Source of the DNA: Dehalococcoidia bacterium
GTDB taxonomy: Bacteria > Chloroflexota > Dehalococcoidia > UBA2979
DNA: 64,000 bases
Direction: 5' to 3'
NCBI GenBank assembly: GCA_020845735.1
Contig: JADLFF010000017.1
Location: forward strand, 8,704 to 72,703
The notes under the pieces are model-generated. The model saw only the letters and a program-made list of their open reading frames with translations. It had not been told where the DNA came from and did not search any database. Numbering within the stretch: position 1 is the stretch's first letter; each line of letters starts with the position of its first letter. This document shows, piece by piece, positions 55,035 to 64,000 of the stretch. The translations under genes and the position numbers were made by a program.

Positions 55035-55457
55035 TCAGGGGCTTGCGGCATCCTCGGGAGATGGATCGTCAGACTGGGCCACGGCGGCATCGCGCAGGAA
55101 CTCGACGCGTTCGAGGTGCTCCTCGAACGGAGCGGGTGCCGCCGCGGTCACTGCCCAGAGCGCGATCGCGAGGACCGCGCGGTCATCGAGGCGTCCCACT
55201 CCGGGCAGGATGTCCGGCAACAGGTCCAGCGGCGTCACGCCGTAGACGAAGGCCGTGATCGGCAACAGCCGCACGAGCATCGGCACGCGCCGGTCTCGCG
55301 CGATCCAGACGCCGAGGCGGCCGCGCAGCGGTGGCGCCAGGTCCTCGAGGCGTCCGCGCGCCGCACGGACGCGCGGCGAGCGCTCGGCGGTCAGCCCCAC
55401 GGTGACCAGGAGGCCGATCAGGACGAGCCACGCCGCGAAGATCTGCAGCAGGGGCAT
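55035..55457 (-). CDS. DUF1232/YkvA-family membrane protein
   Basis: YGVTPLDLLPDILPGVGRLDD signature. Confidence 0.55.
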   Translation of the reverse strand: MPLLQIFAAWLVLIGLLVTVGLTAERSPRVRAARGRLEDLAPPLRGRLGVWIARDRRVPMLVRLLPITAFVYGVTPLDLLPDILPGVGRLDDRAVLAIALWAVTAAAPAPFEEHLERVEFLRDAAVAQSDDPSPEDAASP

Positions 55458-55535
55458 TCCCTCTCACTCCGTCCGCCGATGATAGGCGGGCGTCATCGAG
55501 CGCGAAGACGGCGAGGGAGGGAGCCGCGCCAACCG

Positions 55536-56630
55536 CTAGAGGTTGAAGAGGATGTTCAACACGTCGCCGTCCTGGACAAGGTAGCCCTTGCCCTCGACGC
55601 GGAGACGGCCGCGCTTCTTCAGCTCGGCGAGCGAACCCGCCTCGACGAGCTCATCCCAGCGCGCCACCTCGGCGCGGATGAACCCCTTCTCGAGGTCGGA
55701 GTGGATGCGCCCGGCCGCCTCGGGCGCGCTGGCGCCTCGGCGCACCGTCCACGCGCGACACTCGTCCTCACCCGCGGTCAGGAACGACTGGAGGTGCAGG
55801 AGCTCGTAGGCCGCCTGGATCGCGCGGTCGAGCGGCGACGACTCGGGCAGGCCGAGGTCCGCCCGGAACTCCGTCGCCTCGGCGGGCTCCATCGTTGCGA
55901 GTTCCGCCTCGACCCTGGCGCAGAGGGCGACGACCGCGACACCGGGGCCCCCGCAGCGCTCGGCGAAGTCACGCTCGATGGTCTCGGCATCCGCGAGCTG
56001 CGACTCACCGATGTTGATCACGAGCAACACCGGACGCCGCGTCACGAACTGGTAGGCCGACAGCGCCTTCGACTCCTCGTCGGTGAACTGGAGCGTCCGG
56101 ATCGCCGCACCACCCTCGAGGGTCGACTTCAGCCGCTCCATCAGCGCGCGGTCCCGCTCGAGGGGTCCACGGTCGGCAGCACGGACGGACCGCAGCTCCG
56201 CCTCGATCCGCGTCAGGCGACGTTCGATCAGCGCGAGGTCGGCGAACGTGAGTTCGAGGTCGAGCGCCTCCGCGTCACGATGTGGGTCCACCGACTGCTG
56301 GGGGTGCGGCACCGCATCATCCTCGAAGGCGCGCACCACGTGCACGAGGGCGTCCATCCCGGCGAGCTCGGCCACGTACTTCGCGGCGGGCCCCTCTGCG
56401 CCGAATCCCGACACCGGGTAGTCGACGAAGCGCACCTCGGCGTACGTGGTCTTCCTCGGGCTGTACAGGCGCGCGAGGGCATCGACCCGGGCGTCGGGCA
56501 CGCGGACGACCCCGACGTTGGGCTCGTTCTTCGCCGAGAAGGCACCGACGGCCGCGCTGCCGCGAGTCATCGCGTTGAACAGCGACGTCTTACCGCTGCG
56601 TGCGAGTCCGATGATCCCGATGTCGACCAT
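55536..56630 (-). CDS. ychF: ribosome-binding ATPase YchF (Obg-family GTPase, TGS domain)
   Basis: MVDIGIIGLARSGKTSLFNA G1 motif, C-terminal TGS (GKGYLVQDGDVLNILFN). Confidence 0.9.
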   Translation of the reverse strand: MVDIGIIGLARSGKTSLFNAMTRGSAAVGAFSAKNEPNVGVVRVPDARVDALARLYSPRKTTYAEVRFVDYPVSGFGAEGPAAKYVAELAGMDALVHVVRAFEDDAVPHPQQSVDPHRDAEALDLELTFADLALIERRLTRIEAELRSVRAADRGPLERDRALMERLKSTLEGGAAIRTLQFTDEESKALSAYQFVTRRPVLLVINIGESQLADAETIERDFAERCGGPGVAVVALCARVEAELATMEPAEATEFRADLGLPESSPLDRAIQAAYELLHLQSFLTAGEDECRAWTVRRGASAPEAAGRIHSDLEKGFIRAEVARWDELVEAGSLAELKKRGRLRVEGKGYLVQDGDVLNILFNL

Positions 56631-56690
56631 GCGCTCAGTGTCGGCGGCACGACGAAGGCGCGCAACGGCGCGCCCTCGAGGGTTGTGGCC

Positions 56691-57113
56691 TCAGGCCTGC
56701 CGGACCAGCTCCACGACGGGAATCGTGCGTTCCGTGCGCGCCTGGTAGTCCGCGAACTGGGGGAAGTTCGCGGACTGGGTCGCGTATACGCGATCCCGCT
56801 CGGCCCCCTCGAGGACCACCGCGCGCGCCTCATAGCGCTCGCCAGCAACCTCGACCGTGACCGCGGGATCAGCGACGAGGTTGCGGTACCACTCGGGACT
56901 GGCCGGCGCGCCACCCTTCGAGGCGAATACGAACAGGCGTCCGTCCTCGCGGTGGTGCATTAGCGGCGTCGTGTGGCGGTGCCCGGTCTTCGCTCCGGTC
57001 GTCGTGAGGAGCAGCAGCGGACGCCCCTCCCACGAGCCGCCGACACGACCGGCGTTCGCACGAAACTCCTCGATGACCGCGCGGTTGCGCTCATTTGGAG
57101 TGGTGGTCGTCAT
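56691..57113 (-). CDS. deazaflavin (F420)-dependent nitroreductase family protein (Ddn/DUF385-like)
   Basis: Matches the PNPOx-like F420-dependent Ddn family (GRVGGSWEGRPLLLLTTTGAKTG...PEWYRNL). Confidence 0.7.
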   Translation of the reverse strand: MTTTTPNERNRAVIEEFRANAGRVGGSWEGRPLLLLTTTGAKTGHRHTTPLMHHREDGRLFVFASKGGAPASPEWYRNLVADPAVTVEVAGERYEARAVVLEGAERDRVYATQSANFPQFADYQARTERTIPVVELVRQA

Positions 57114-57140
57114 CGCAGCCCCCTCGACAGCCCTGCTTGC

Positions 57141-57695
57141 CTACGTCCAGTCCCAGCGCACCACCGGCGCCGAGCGCTGGCCCTCCTTCGGCGGATCCTC
57201 GGGCCTCGGGTAGCCGAGGTTGACGTAGCCCACGATGCGATCGTGCGGTGCCAGTCCGATGTAGGACTTCGCGCCCTCGTACTCCACCATCGCACCGGTG
57301 CTGAAGTGGGCGATCAGCCCCTCGGCGTGGGCAGCAAGGAGGATGTTCTGCACCGCCATGACGCAGGCCGCGTAGTCCTCGAGGTCACGCGTGGCGTCCT
57401 CAGGCGTTGCCACCTGCGCCACGACCACGGTCACCGGCGCGCGGAGGAGCTTCGAGCGCGCGGAACGTTGCGCGCCCTCGGGCTTCCCCTCGGCCGCAAG
57501 CGAGGCGGCGATCGCGTCACCCATCGCCTCCCGGCCCGCGCCCGCGAGCACGACGAAGCGCCACGGCTCGGTGAGCCGGTGGTTGGGCGCCCAGATCGCA
57601 GCATCGATCAGCCGCTCGACGAGGTCGCGCGGCGGAATCTGCTCGGCGAACCGCTCGATGTCGCGGCGCGAACGGATGGCGGTGAACACGTCCAT
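57141..57695 (-). CDS. nitroreductase-family (NADH/flavin) oxidoreductase
   Basis: Nitroreductase fold motifs (AIRSRR...; APNHRLTEPWRF). ATG at 57695 with a GAGGAG RBS. Confidence 0.7.
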   Translation of the reverse strand: MDVFTAIRSRRDIERFAEQIPPRDLVERLIDAAIWAPNHRLTEPWRFVVLAGAGREAMGDAIAASLAAEGKPEGAQRSARSKLLRAPVTVVVAQVATPEDATRDLEDYAACVMAVQNILLAAHAEGLIAHFSTGAMVEYEGAKSYIGLAPHDRIVGYVNLGYPRPEDPPKEGQRSAPVVRWDWT

Positions 57696-57721
57696 GGCGA
57701 ACTCCTCTAGCACCGACGCTA

Positions 57722-58456
57722 TCAGTCCGTGAGGCCGAGCGTCCGCTGCCCGAACGGACAGTCCTCGAGGAGCGGGCACTCATCACAATGAGGATTCGAC
57801 CGCCTGCAGGTGCGCTGCCCGTGACGCACGATGAGCGCGTGCCACTCGTTGAGCCGGTGGACATCGTCGCCGGCGGCCTCGAGGAAGAAGCGCCGGTAGC
57901 GCTCGTACTGCCGGGGCCCCGGCGCCAGCTCCAGGCGCTCCGCGAGGCGATACGCGTAGGCGTCGACGACGAACGTAGGCAACCTCGCGGCGTAGAGCGT
58001 CATCGCATCGGCCGTCTCCGGCCCCACGCCCCAGATCGCGAGGAGACGTGCGCGCACCACCTCGGCATTTCCGGCGAGGAGCGCATCGATCGAGCCGCCG
58101 TGCTCCTCGACAAGGACGCGGCAGAACTCCTGGACCTTGCGGGCCTTCACGTTGAAGTGCCCCGCGGGGCGCACGAGGTCGGCGACGGCGTCCTGCGGGA
58201 GGGCGAGCAGCGCCTCGGCCGGCCACGCCCCCGCCGCGCGGAGGTTCGCCAGCGCGCGGGCCGCCGAGGTCCACGCCGTGTTCTGGGTCAGGATCGCGCC
58301 GATGCAGATCTCGAAGCGTCCATCCTCGTCGGCGTGGGGCCACCACTGCTGCGGCCCCAGCGCCTCGAGGAGCGCGCGGTACGTGAACTCGAGGCGGTCG
58401 GCGTCAGGCGTGCGTTCGAGTCGGCGCCTGCGCCCGGCGGCCGTCCCGTCAGCCAC
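57722..58456 (-). CDS. HhH-GPD base-excision DNA glycosylase, endonuclease III-like with 4Fe-4S cluster loop
   Basis: ILTQNTAW..., HhH-GPD helix region, C-terminal C-x6-C-x2-C-x5-C (CRRSNPHCDECPLLEDC). Confidence 0.7.
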   Translation of the reverse strand: MADGTAAGRRRRLERTPDADRLEFTYRALLEALGPQQWWPHADEDGRFEICIGAILTQNTAWTSAARALANLRAAGAWPAEALLALPQDAVADLVRPAGHFNVKARKVQEFCRVLVEEHGGSIDALLAGNAEVVRARLLAIWGVGPETADAMTLYAARLPTFVVDAYAYRLAERLELAPGPRQYERYRRFFLEAAGDDVHRLNEWHALIVRHGQRTCRRSNPHCDECPLLEDCPFGQRTLGLTD

Positions 58457-58910
58457 GAGCCCACTTCGGGAGGGAGGCCTTCGGCTCCGCGTCGTAGAAC
58501 GCGATGTAGGGCTTCACATCGAGGACCGGCGTCCCGTCGATGAGGTCGAGCCCCTCCACCTCGAGGATGGCGCCGGCCACACCCCGGAGGCGGCACACGG
58601 TCACCGAGATCGGGTTCGGCCTTGCGCCGCCGCGCAGCGCCAGCGCCCCCTGCAGGGGGAGCCGCTGGTCCCCCGAGGGGTACGCCTGCGTCCTCGAACG
58701 CATGTCCTGGGGGATCTCGTGCAGCCAGCCGAGCACGATGACGTGGGAGTAGTCGGCGAGGCCCAGCAGCGCCGCTTCGAGGTCGGCACGCAGTTCGAGG
58801 CGGGAACGCACGCCTCGCCAGTCCTGGCGGGCTGCATCGAACTCACCGTTCCGCACCACGCCGATTGGGACGAGGTTCTGAGGCGGTTCCGGCGGATTCA
58901 TGACCAGCAT
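58449..58910 (-). CDS. tRNA (adenine37-N6)-methyltransferase TrmO/TsaA family
   Basis: RPNPISVTV...GLDLIDGTPVLDVKPY TrmO signature. Start approximate (58901-58970). Confidence 0.7.
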   Translation of the reverse strand: MLVMNPPEPPQNLVPIGVVRNGEFDAARQDWRGVRSRLELRADLEAALLGLADYSHVIVLGWLHEIPQDMRSRTQAYPSGDQRLPLQGALALRGGARPNPISVTVCRLRGVAGAILEVEGLDLIDGTPVLDVKPYIAFYDAEPKASLPKWARG

Positions 58911-58987
58911 CTTAGCGACCCCGGAAGCCGGCGCCAGAATGGGTTCTGGAACGCTCGAATCGGCTATCATGACGGGGTGACCAATGA

Positions 58988-61087
<2,100 letters not shown>

Positions 61088-61093
61088 GGCCTC

Positions 61094-61798
61094 GTGACCG
61101 TCCGCGGGACAGTTGACCGACTTCGGGCAACGGTCACGAGCAGGAACGGTGCGACTTGGGTGTTCGCCGCCGTAATCGGACTCGTCATGGCTTCGTGCGC
61201 GGATGCGAATCGACCCCCCGGGGCAAGCTCAACCGCCGCGTCCGTCTCAGGGTCCCCGATCACCTCGACAGCAACGGCGATGTCGTCGCGGGGCCCTCTC
61301 ACCATCGAAACGCTGCTAGACGGCACCTACCCCGACATGTCGGGCCCGGAAACGGTGACGCTCACCGGGGGGGAGTGGGCGAGGGACGTCACCCTCACCA
61401 GCGGCGGCTCAACCCGCACCTACCACGAGTCTGTACGTGCGTTTGGCAGCGCGCTGGGCGACCTCGATGACACCGACGGGGTGGTGGTGCTCGGCTACAA
61501 CGGCGGTGGCACGGGAACGTTCATGCGCCTCATTCCTGTGCTGAACGAGGCCGGCCAGCTGACACCTGGCGCACTGAGCGCACTCGGCGACCGGATCAGT
61601 GTGCGGGCGCTTGAGGTGACAGCTTCCGGCACCGTTGTCGTCGACGCGCTGATGCACGGAATCGGCGACGGTCTGTGCTGCCCGACGCTGCCGTTGCGAA
61701 CCGAGTGGCAACTGCACGGCTCTCAGCTCAAGTGGCTCGACCCCGAGGTGTGCGCGGGTCGGTGCGCCGACTCGATTGGCCCGCGCGCGAACCCGTAG
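61094..61798 (+). CDS. putative lipoprotein, unknown function
   Basis: Hydrophobic signal-like segment ending ...VMASCADA. Start uncertain. Confidence 0.4.
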   Translation: MTVRGTVDRLRATVTSRNGATWVFAAVIGLVMASCADANRPPGASSTAASVSGSPITSTATAMSSRGPLTIETLLDGTYPDMSGPETVTLTGGEWARDVTLTSGGSTRTYHESVRAFGSALGDLDDTDGVVVLGYNGGGTGTFMRLIPVLNEAGQLTPGALSALGDRISVRALEVTASGTVVVDALMHGIGDGLCCPTLPLRTEWQLHGSQLKWLDPEVCAGRCADSIGPRANP

Positions 61799-61833
61799 TC
61801 CCTCCGAGGCGCCCTCTGACCCCTCACGTCCGA

Positions 61834-61861
61834 CTGCGCGCGTAGAATCCTGCGCGCGCAG
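61834..61861 (+). promoter_or_regulatory. 9-bp perfect inverted repeat (ctgcgcgcg / cgcgcgcag) bracketing a TAGAAT -10-like hexamer, 27 nt upstream of the ATG at 61888
   Basis: Seen directly; GGGAGG RBS follows. Candidate operator/promoter, or a weak terminator for the upstream gene. Confidence 0.3.
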
Positions 61862-61887
61862 TTGCGCTGGGCGCACGGGAGGTCCAC

Positions 61888-62229
61888 ATGCTGGGAGACA
61901 AGATCTGGGAGGCCACGGGGCGGATCACGGGACAGCGGGTGCTGCCGGGGGACGACTACCGCCTGCTGAAGGTCGAAACGTCGATCGAGTACCAGGGGAA
62001 GCTGTTCGGCAAGGACGCGATGGGGATGGCCACGTTCGTGTCCTTCGAGCGGGTGCCCGGGCAGATGTACGCCGAGGGCCAGGGCATCATCGGGACGGCC
62101 GAGGGGGACTCCGCGATCTGGAACGGCCACGGGATCGGCTCGATGGGCGCCGACGAAGGCGGCCTCACGATGTCAATCCGCTACTCGATCGCGTACCAGG
62201 CGGCGCCGGCGGGGCCCTCGAGGCCCTGA
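61888..62229 (+). CDS. hypothetical protein (possibly frameshifted; see findings)
   Basis: 113-aa ORF with a good RBS. An adjacent overlapping frame continues to 62306. Confidence 0.4.
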   Translation: MLGDKIWEATGRITGQRVLPGDDYRLLKVETSIEYQGKLFGKDAMGMATFVSFERVPGQMYAEGQGIIGTAEGDSAIWNGHGIGSMGADEGGLTMSIRYSIAYQAAPAGPSRP

Positions 62230-62363
62230 ACCGCGCACTCGTCGTCGGCGAGTTCGAAACGAAGTCGGACGGGACCTTCACGGACAGCGCCTGGCTCTGG
62301 CAGTAGCTCGGCTCTGGCAATAGCTCGCCCGCCCGGAGCTGTCCGGAGCGCTAGCATCGAGGC

Positions 62364-62903
62364 ATGACGCCAACCCTCGAAGCCCAGCAGGCCGCAGGAC
62401 GCCGGTTCTTCATCGAGACCGACGGCACCGAGCACTGCCCGCTGGACTTCGAGGGGAACCCGGACATCGTGCTGTTCTTCGCCAGCTGGGCCTATGCGGT
62501 GCAGTTCGGCGGCATGCACGAGCTGGCGCAGGCCGCCCTCCATCTGCAGCGCAAGCACCGGATCAAGCTGCGCGCGCTGCTGCGCTACGCCGACCGCGAC
62601 ATCGAGGATCCCGATGACGCACGCGAACTCGAGCGGGCATGGCAGCCGGGCGCCGAGCTCGCAGAGTGCTGCGATGCACTCGTCACCGCCCTCGAGTCCG
62701 CCGACGAGCGGCTCAGGGAGTTGACGGCGGGATACGAGGAGCTGCTCCCGCGGCTGCGGGACCTGCGCGCCATCGCGCAGTGGGCGGCGGACCACGACGC
62801 GCGCGTGCGCATGTCGTTTGACATGCGACACGACGAACCGACGGCCCCGCGCCCCGACCTCTCGGCGCACGGGCCGCTGCTCGGCCCCCTCGGCCGCGCG
62901 TAA
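62364..62903 (+). CDS. hypothetical protein
   Basis: 179-aa ORF, ATG with a GAGG RBS, protein-like composition. No family recognised. Confidence 0.45.
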   Translation: MTPTLEAQQAAGRRFFIETDGTEHCPLDFEGNPDIVLFFASWAYAVQFGGMHELAQAALHLQRKHRIKLRALLRYADRDIEDPDDARELERAWQPGAELAECCDALVTALESADERLRELTAGYEELLPRLRDLRAIAQWAADHDARVRMSFDMRHDEPTAPRPDLSAHGPLLGPLGRA

Positions 62904-62904
62904 C

Positions 62905-63189
62905 GTGACTGCCGACTTCGGACTCGACCGCGAGGCGCGGGCCGAGGGCGTGCGGCGCATCCGCGCGTACTTCGAGCGCGAGCGCGGCGAGGAGCTGGGC
63001 GAGCTGGCCGCCGGCTTCATCCTCGACTTCATCGCCGAGGAAGTGGCGCCGCTCTTCTATAACGCCGCGCTTGGCGACGCCCAGGCGCTGGTTGCGAGGG
63101 CGGCGGACGCGCTGGACGCGGACCTCGAGGCGCTGCGGCGGAGCCCGCCTCGAGCAGTCCGGCAGCCACCCCGGGAACCGGAGGATTGA
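62905..63189 (+). CDS. small hypothetical protein (DUF2164-like)
   Basis: GTG start 2 nt after the upstream stop. Conserved-looking core FGLDREARAEGVRRIRAYFERERGEELGELAAGFILDFIAEEVAPLFYN. Confidence 0.45.
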   Translation: MTADFGLDREARAEGVRRIRAYFERERGEELGELAAGFILDFIAEEVAPLFYNAALGDAQALVARAADALDADLEALRRSPPRAVRQPPREPED

Positions 63190-63220
63190 GCGGCCTTCGC
63201 ACACCTGCGACCATCAGTCC

Positions 63221-63928
63221 GTGACAGGTTCCTCAGAAGCCCACCGACTGCGGACATTCGAGCGCTGGCAGGCCTCGCTGTCGCCGTTCGCGCTGCTCGA
63301 GCGGTTCCTGGGATCGCCGGCGGGCGCGTTCCTGGTCAACGCCCCCATCTTCCAGCTCAAGGAGAACCTGAAGATCGAGCCGTGGATGCGCGTGCTGGAC
63401 GTGGGCTGCGGGGCGGGCAGCGCCCTGCGCCTCCTCGATGAACGAGTCCAGTTCGAGCACCCTCCGGTCGGCGTGGACTTCTCGAGCGTCGCGATCCGGA
63501 ACGCGCGTGCGTCCGCGCAGAGCGCCGACCGCCCGCCGGAGTTCGTGCGCGCCTCGGCGCTGGCGTTGCCATTCCGGGACGGCACGTTCGACCTGATGGT
63601 CAGCAGCTACCTCGTGCGGCACCTCGACGACGAAGAGATGCGCACCTTCCTCCTCGAGGTCAGGCGCGTCCTCGCGCCCGGCGGCCTGGCACTGCTCTGG
63701 GATTGCGCACCGACTGGGAACCCGCGCCTGGACCGCTGGAACGCGTACGTGCTGTCGAGGGGTACCGGCGACCCGCGCTGGCGCAGCACCCGGGCGCTCA
63801 TGGCCCTCGGGGAGCTCGCGGGATTCGAGTACATCCGGCCGGCGAAGCTGAGGCCGTTCCTCTTCCCGCCGATCCCGCGCGCTTCGGTGCTCCTCGGGAA
63901 GCCGCCCGAGGGCTGGCAGGCCCCCTAG
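63221..63928 (+). CDS. class I SAM-dependent methyltransferase
   Basis: Motif I VLDVGCGAGS and post-I/II motifs (DLMVSSYLVRHL). GTG start inferred. Confidence 0.7.
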   Translation: MTGSSEAHRLRTFERWQASLSPFALLERFLGSPAGAFLVNAPIFQLKENLKIEPWMRVLDVGCGAGSALRLLDERVQFEHPPVGVDFSSVAIRNARASAQSADRPPEFVRASALALPFRDGTFDLMVSSYLVRHLDDEEMRTFLLEVRRVLAPGGLALLWDCAPTGNPRLDRWNAYVLSRGTGDPRWRSTRALMALGELAGFEYIRPAKLRPFLFPPIPRASVLLGKPPEGWQAP

Positions 63929-64000
63929 CCGTCGCCGTCCCGGCCTGAGCGCAACGCATCGGCGATCAGGGCGAGCAGCGTGACAGCCGCGGTCTCGATG
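63927..64000 (-). CDS. 3-prime end of a minus-strand gene truncated by the window edge (C-terminus ...IETAAVTLLALIADALRSGRDGDG)
   Basis: In-frame translation to a TAG that overlaps the methyltransferase stop (convergent). Confidence 0.25.

Overview
High-GC (about 70%) bacterial chromosomal segment, densely coding and mostly on the minus strand. I found no rRNA, tRNA, CRISPR array or mobile element. Gene content mixes Firmicute-like neighbourhoods (rpsU-yqeY-PgpH, DnaD/DnaI-type helicase loading, murT/gatD, lgt) with actinobacterial/Chloroflexi-like traits (F420-type Ddn nitroreductase, split b6-type cytochrome complex). Housekeeping genes include hom, rpsF-ssb-rpsR, rplI-dnaB, glyA, purL/purQ/purH/purM/purF, folP/folK, gyrB, ychF and tatA. 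Four stretches look most worth follow-up. (1) A roughly 8-kb sulfur-amino-acid island at 34.0-42.7 kb built on ubiquitin-like sulfur carriers. It holds four beta-grasp carriers with C-terminal GG motifs (one fused to its E1 enzyme), one JAMM protease, a rhodanese, three PLP enzymes (CysM, CysK and a threonine-synthase-like MetM-type enzyme coupled to a NIL/GG carrier), an Rrf2 repressor with a palindromic operator, and a clear SAM-I riboswitch with a consensus promoter upstream of the ThrC-like operon. (2) A replication module: dnaB, then a DnaD-domain protein, then a single ORF holding two tandem complete DnaC/DnaI-type AAA+ loader domains with an N-terminal zinc ribbon. (3) A b6c-type Rieske/cytochrome b6/subunit IV/diheme cytochrome c operon, preceded by an unannotated 35-aa single-transmembrane ORF and followed by two tiny GKRYR-motif ORFs. 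(4) A CoxD/CoxE (MoxR-VWA) operon led by an XdhC N-domain-only paralogue, behind a 370-bp low-GC leader carrying two sets of tandem direct repeats. Manual indexing against the numbered sequence disagreed with the ORF-track coordinates by one nucleotide at one locus, so sub-gene coordinates may be off by about 1 nt; starts were chosen by homology-typical N-termini, RBS-like purine tracts and GTGA/ATGA overlaps.
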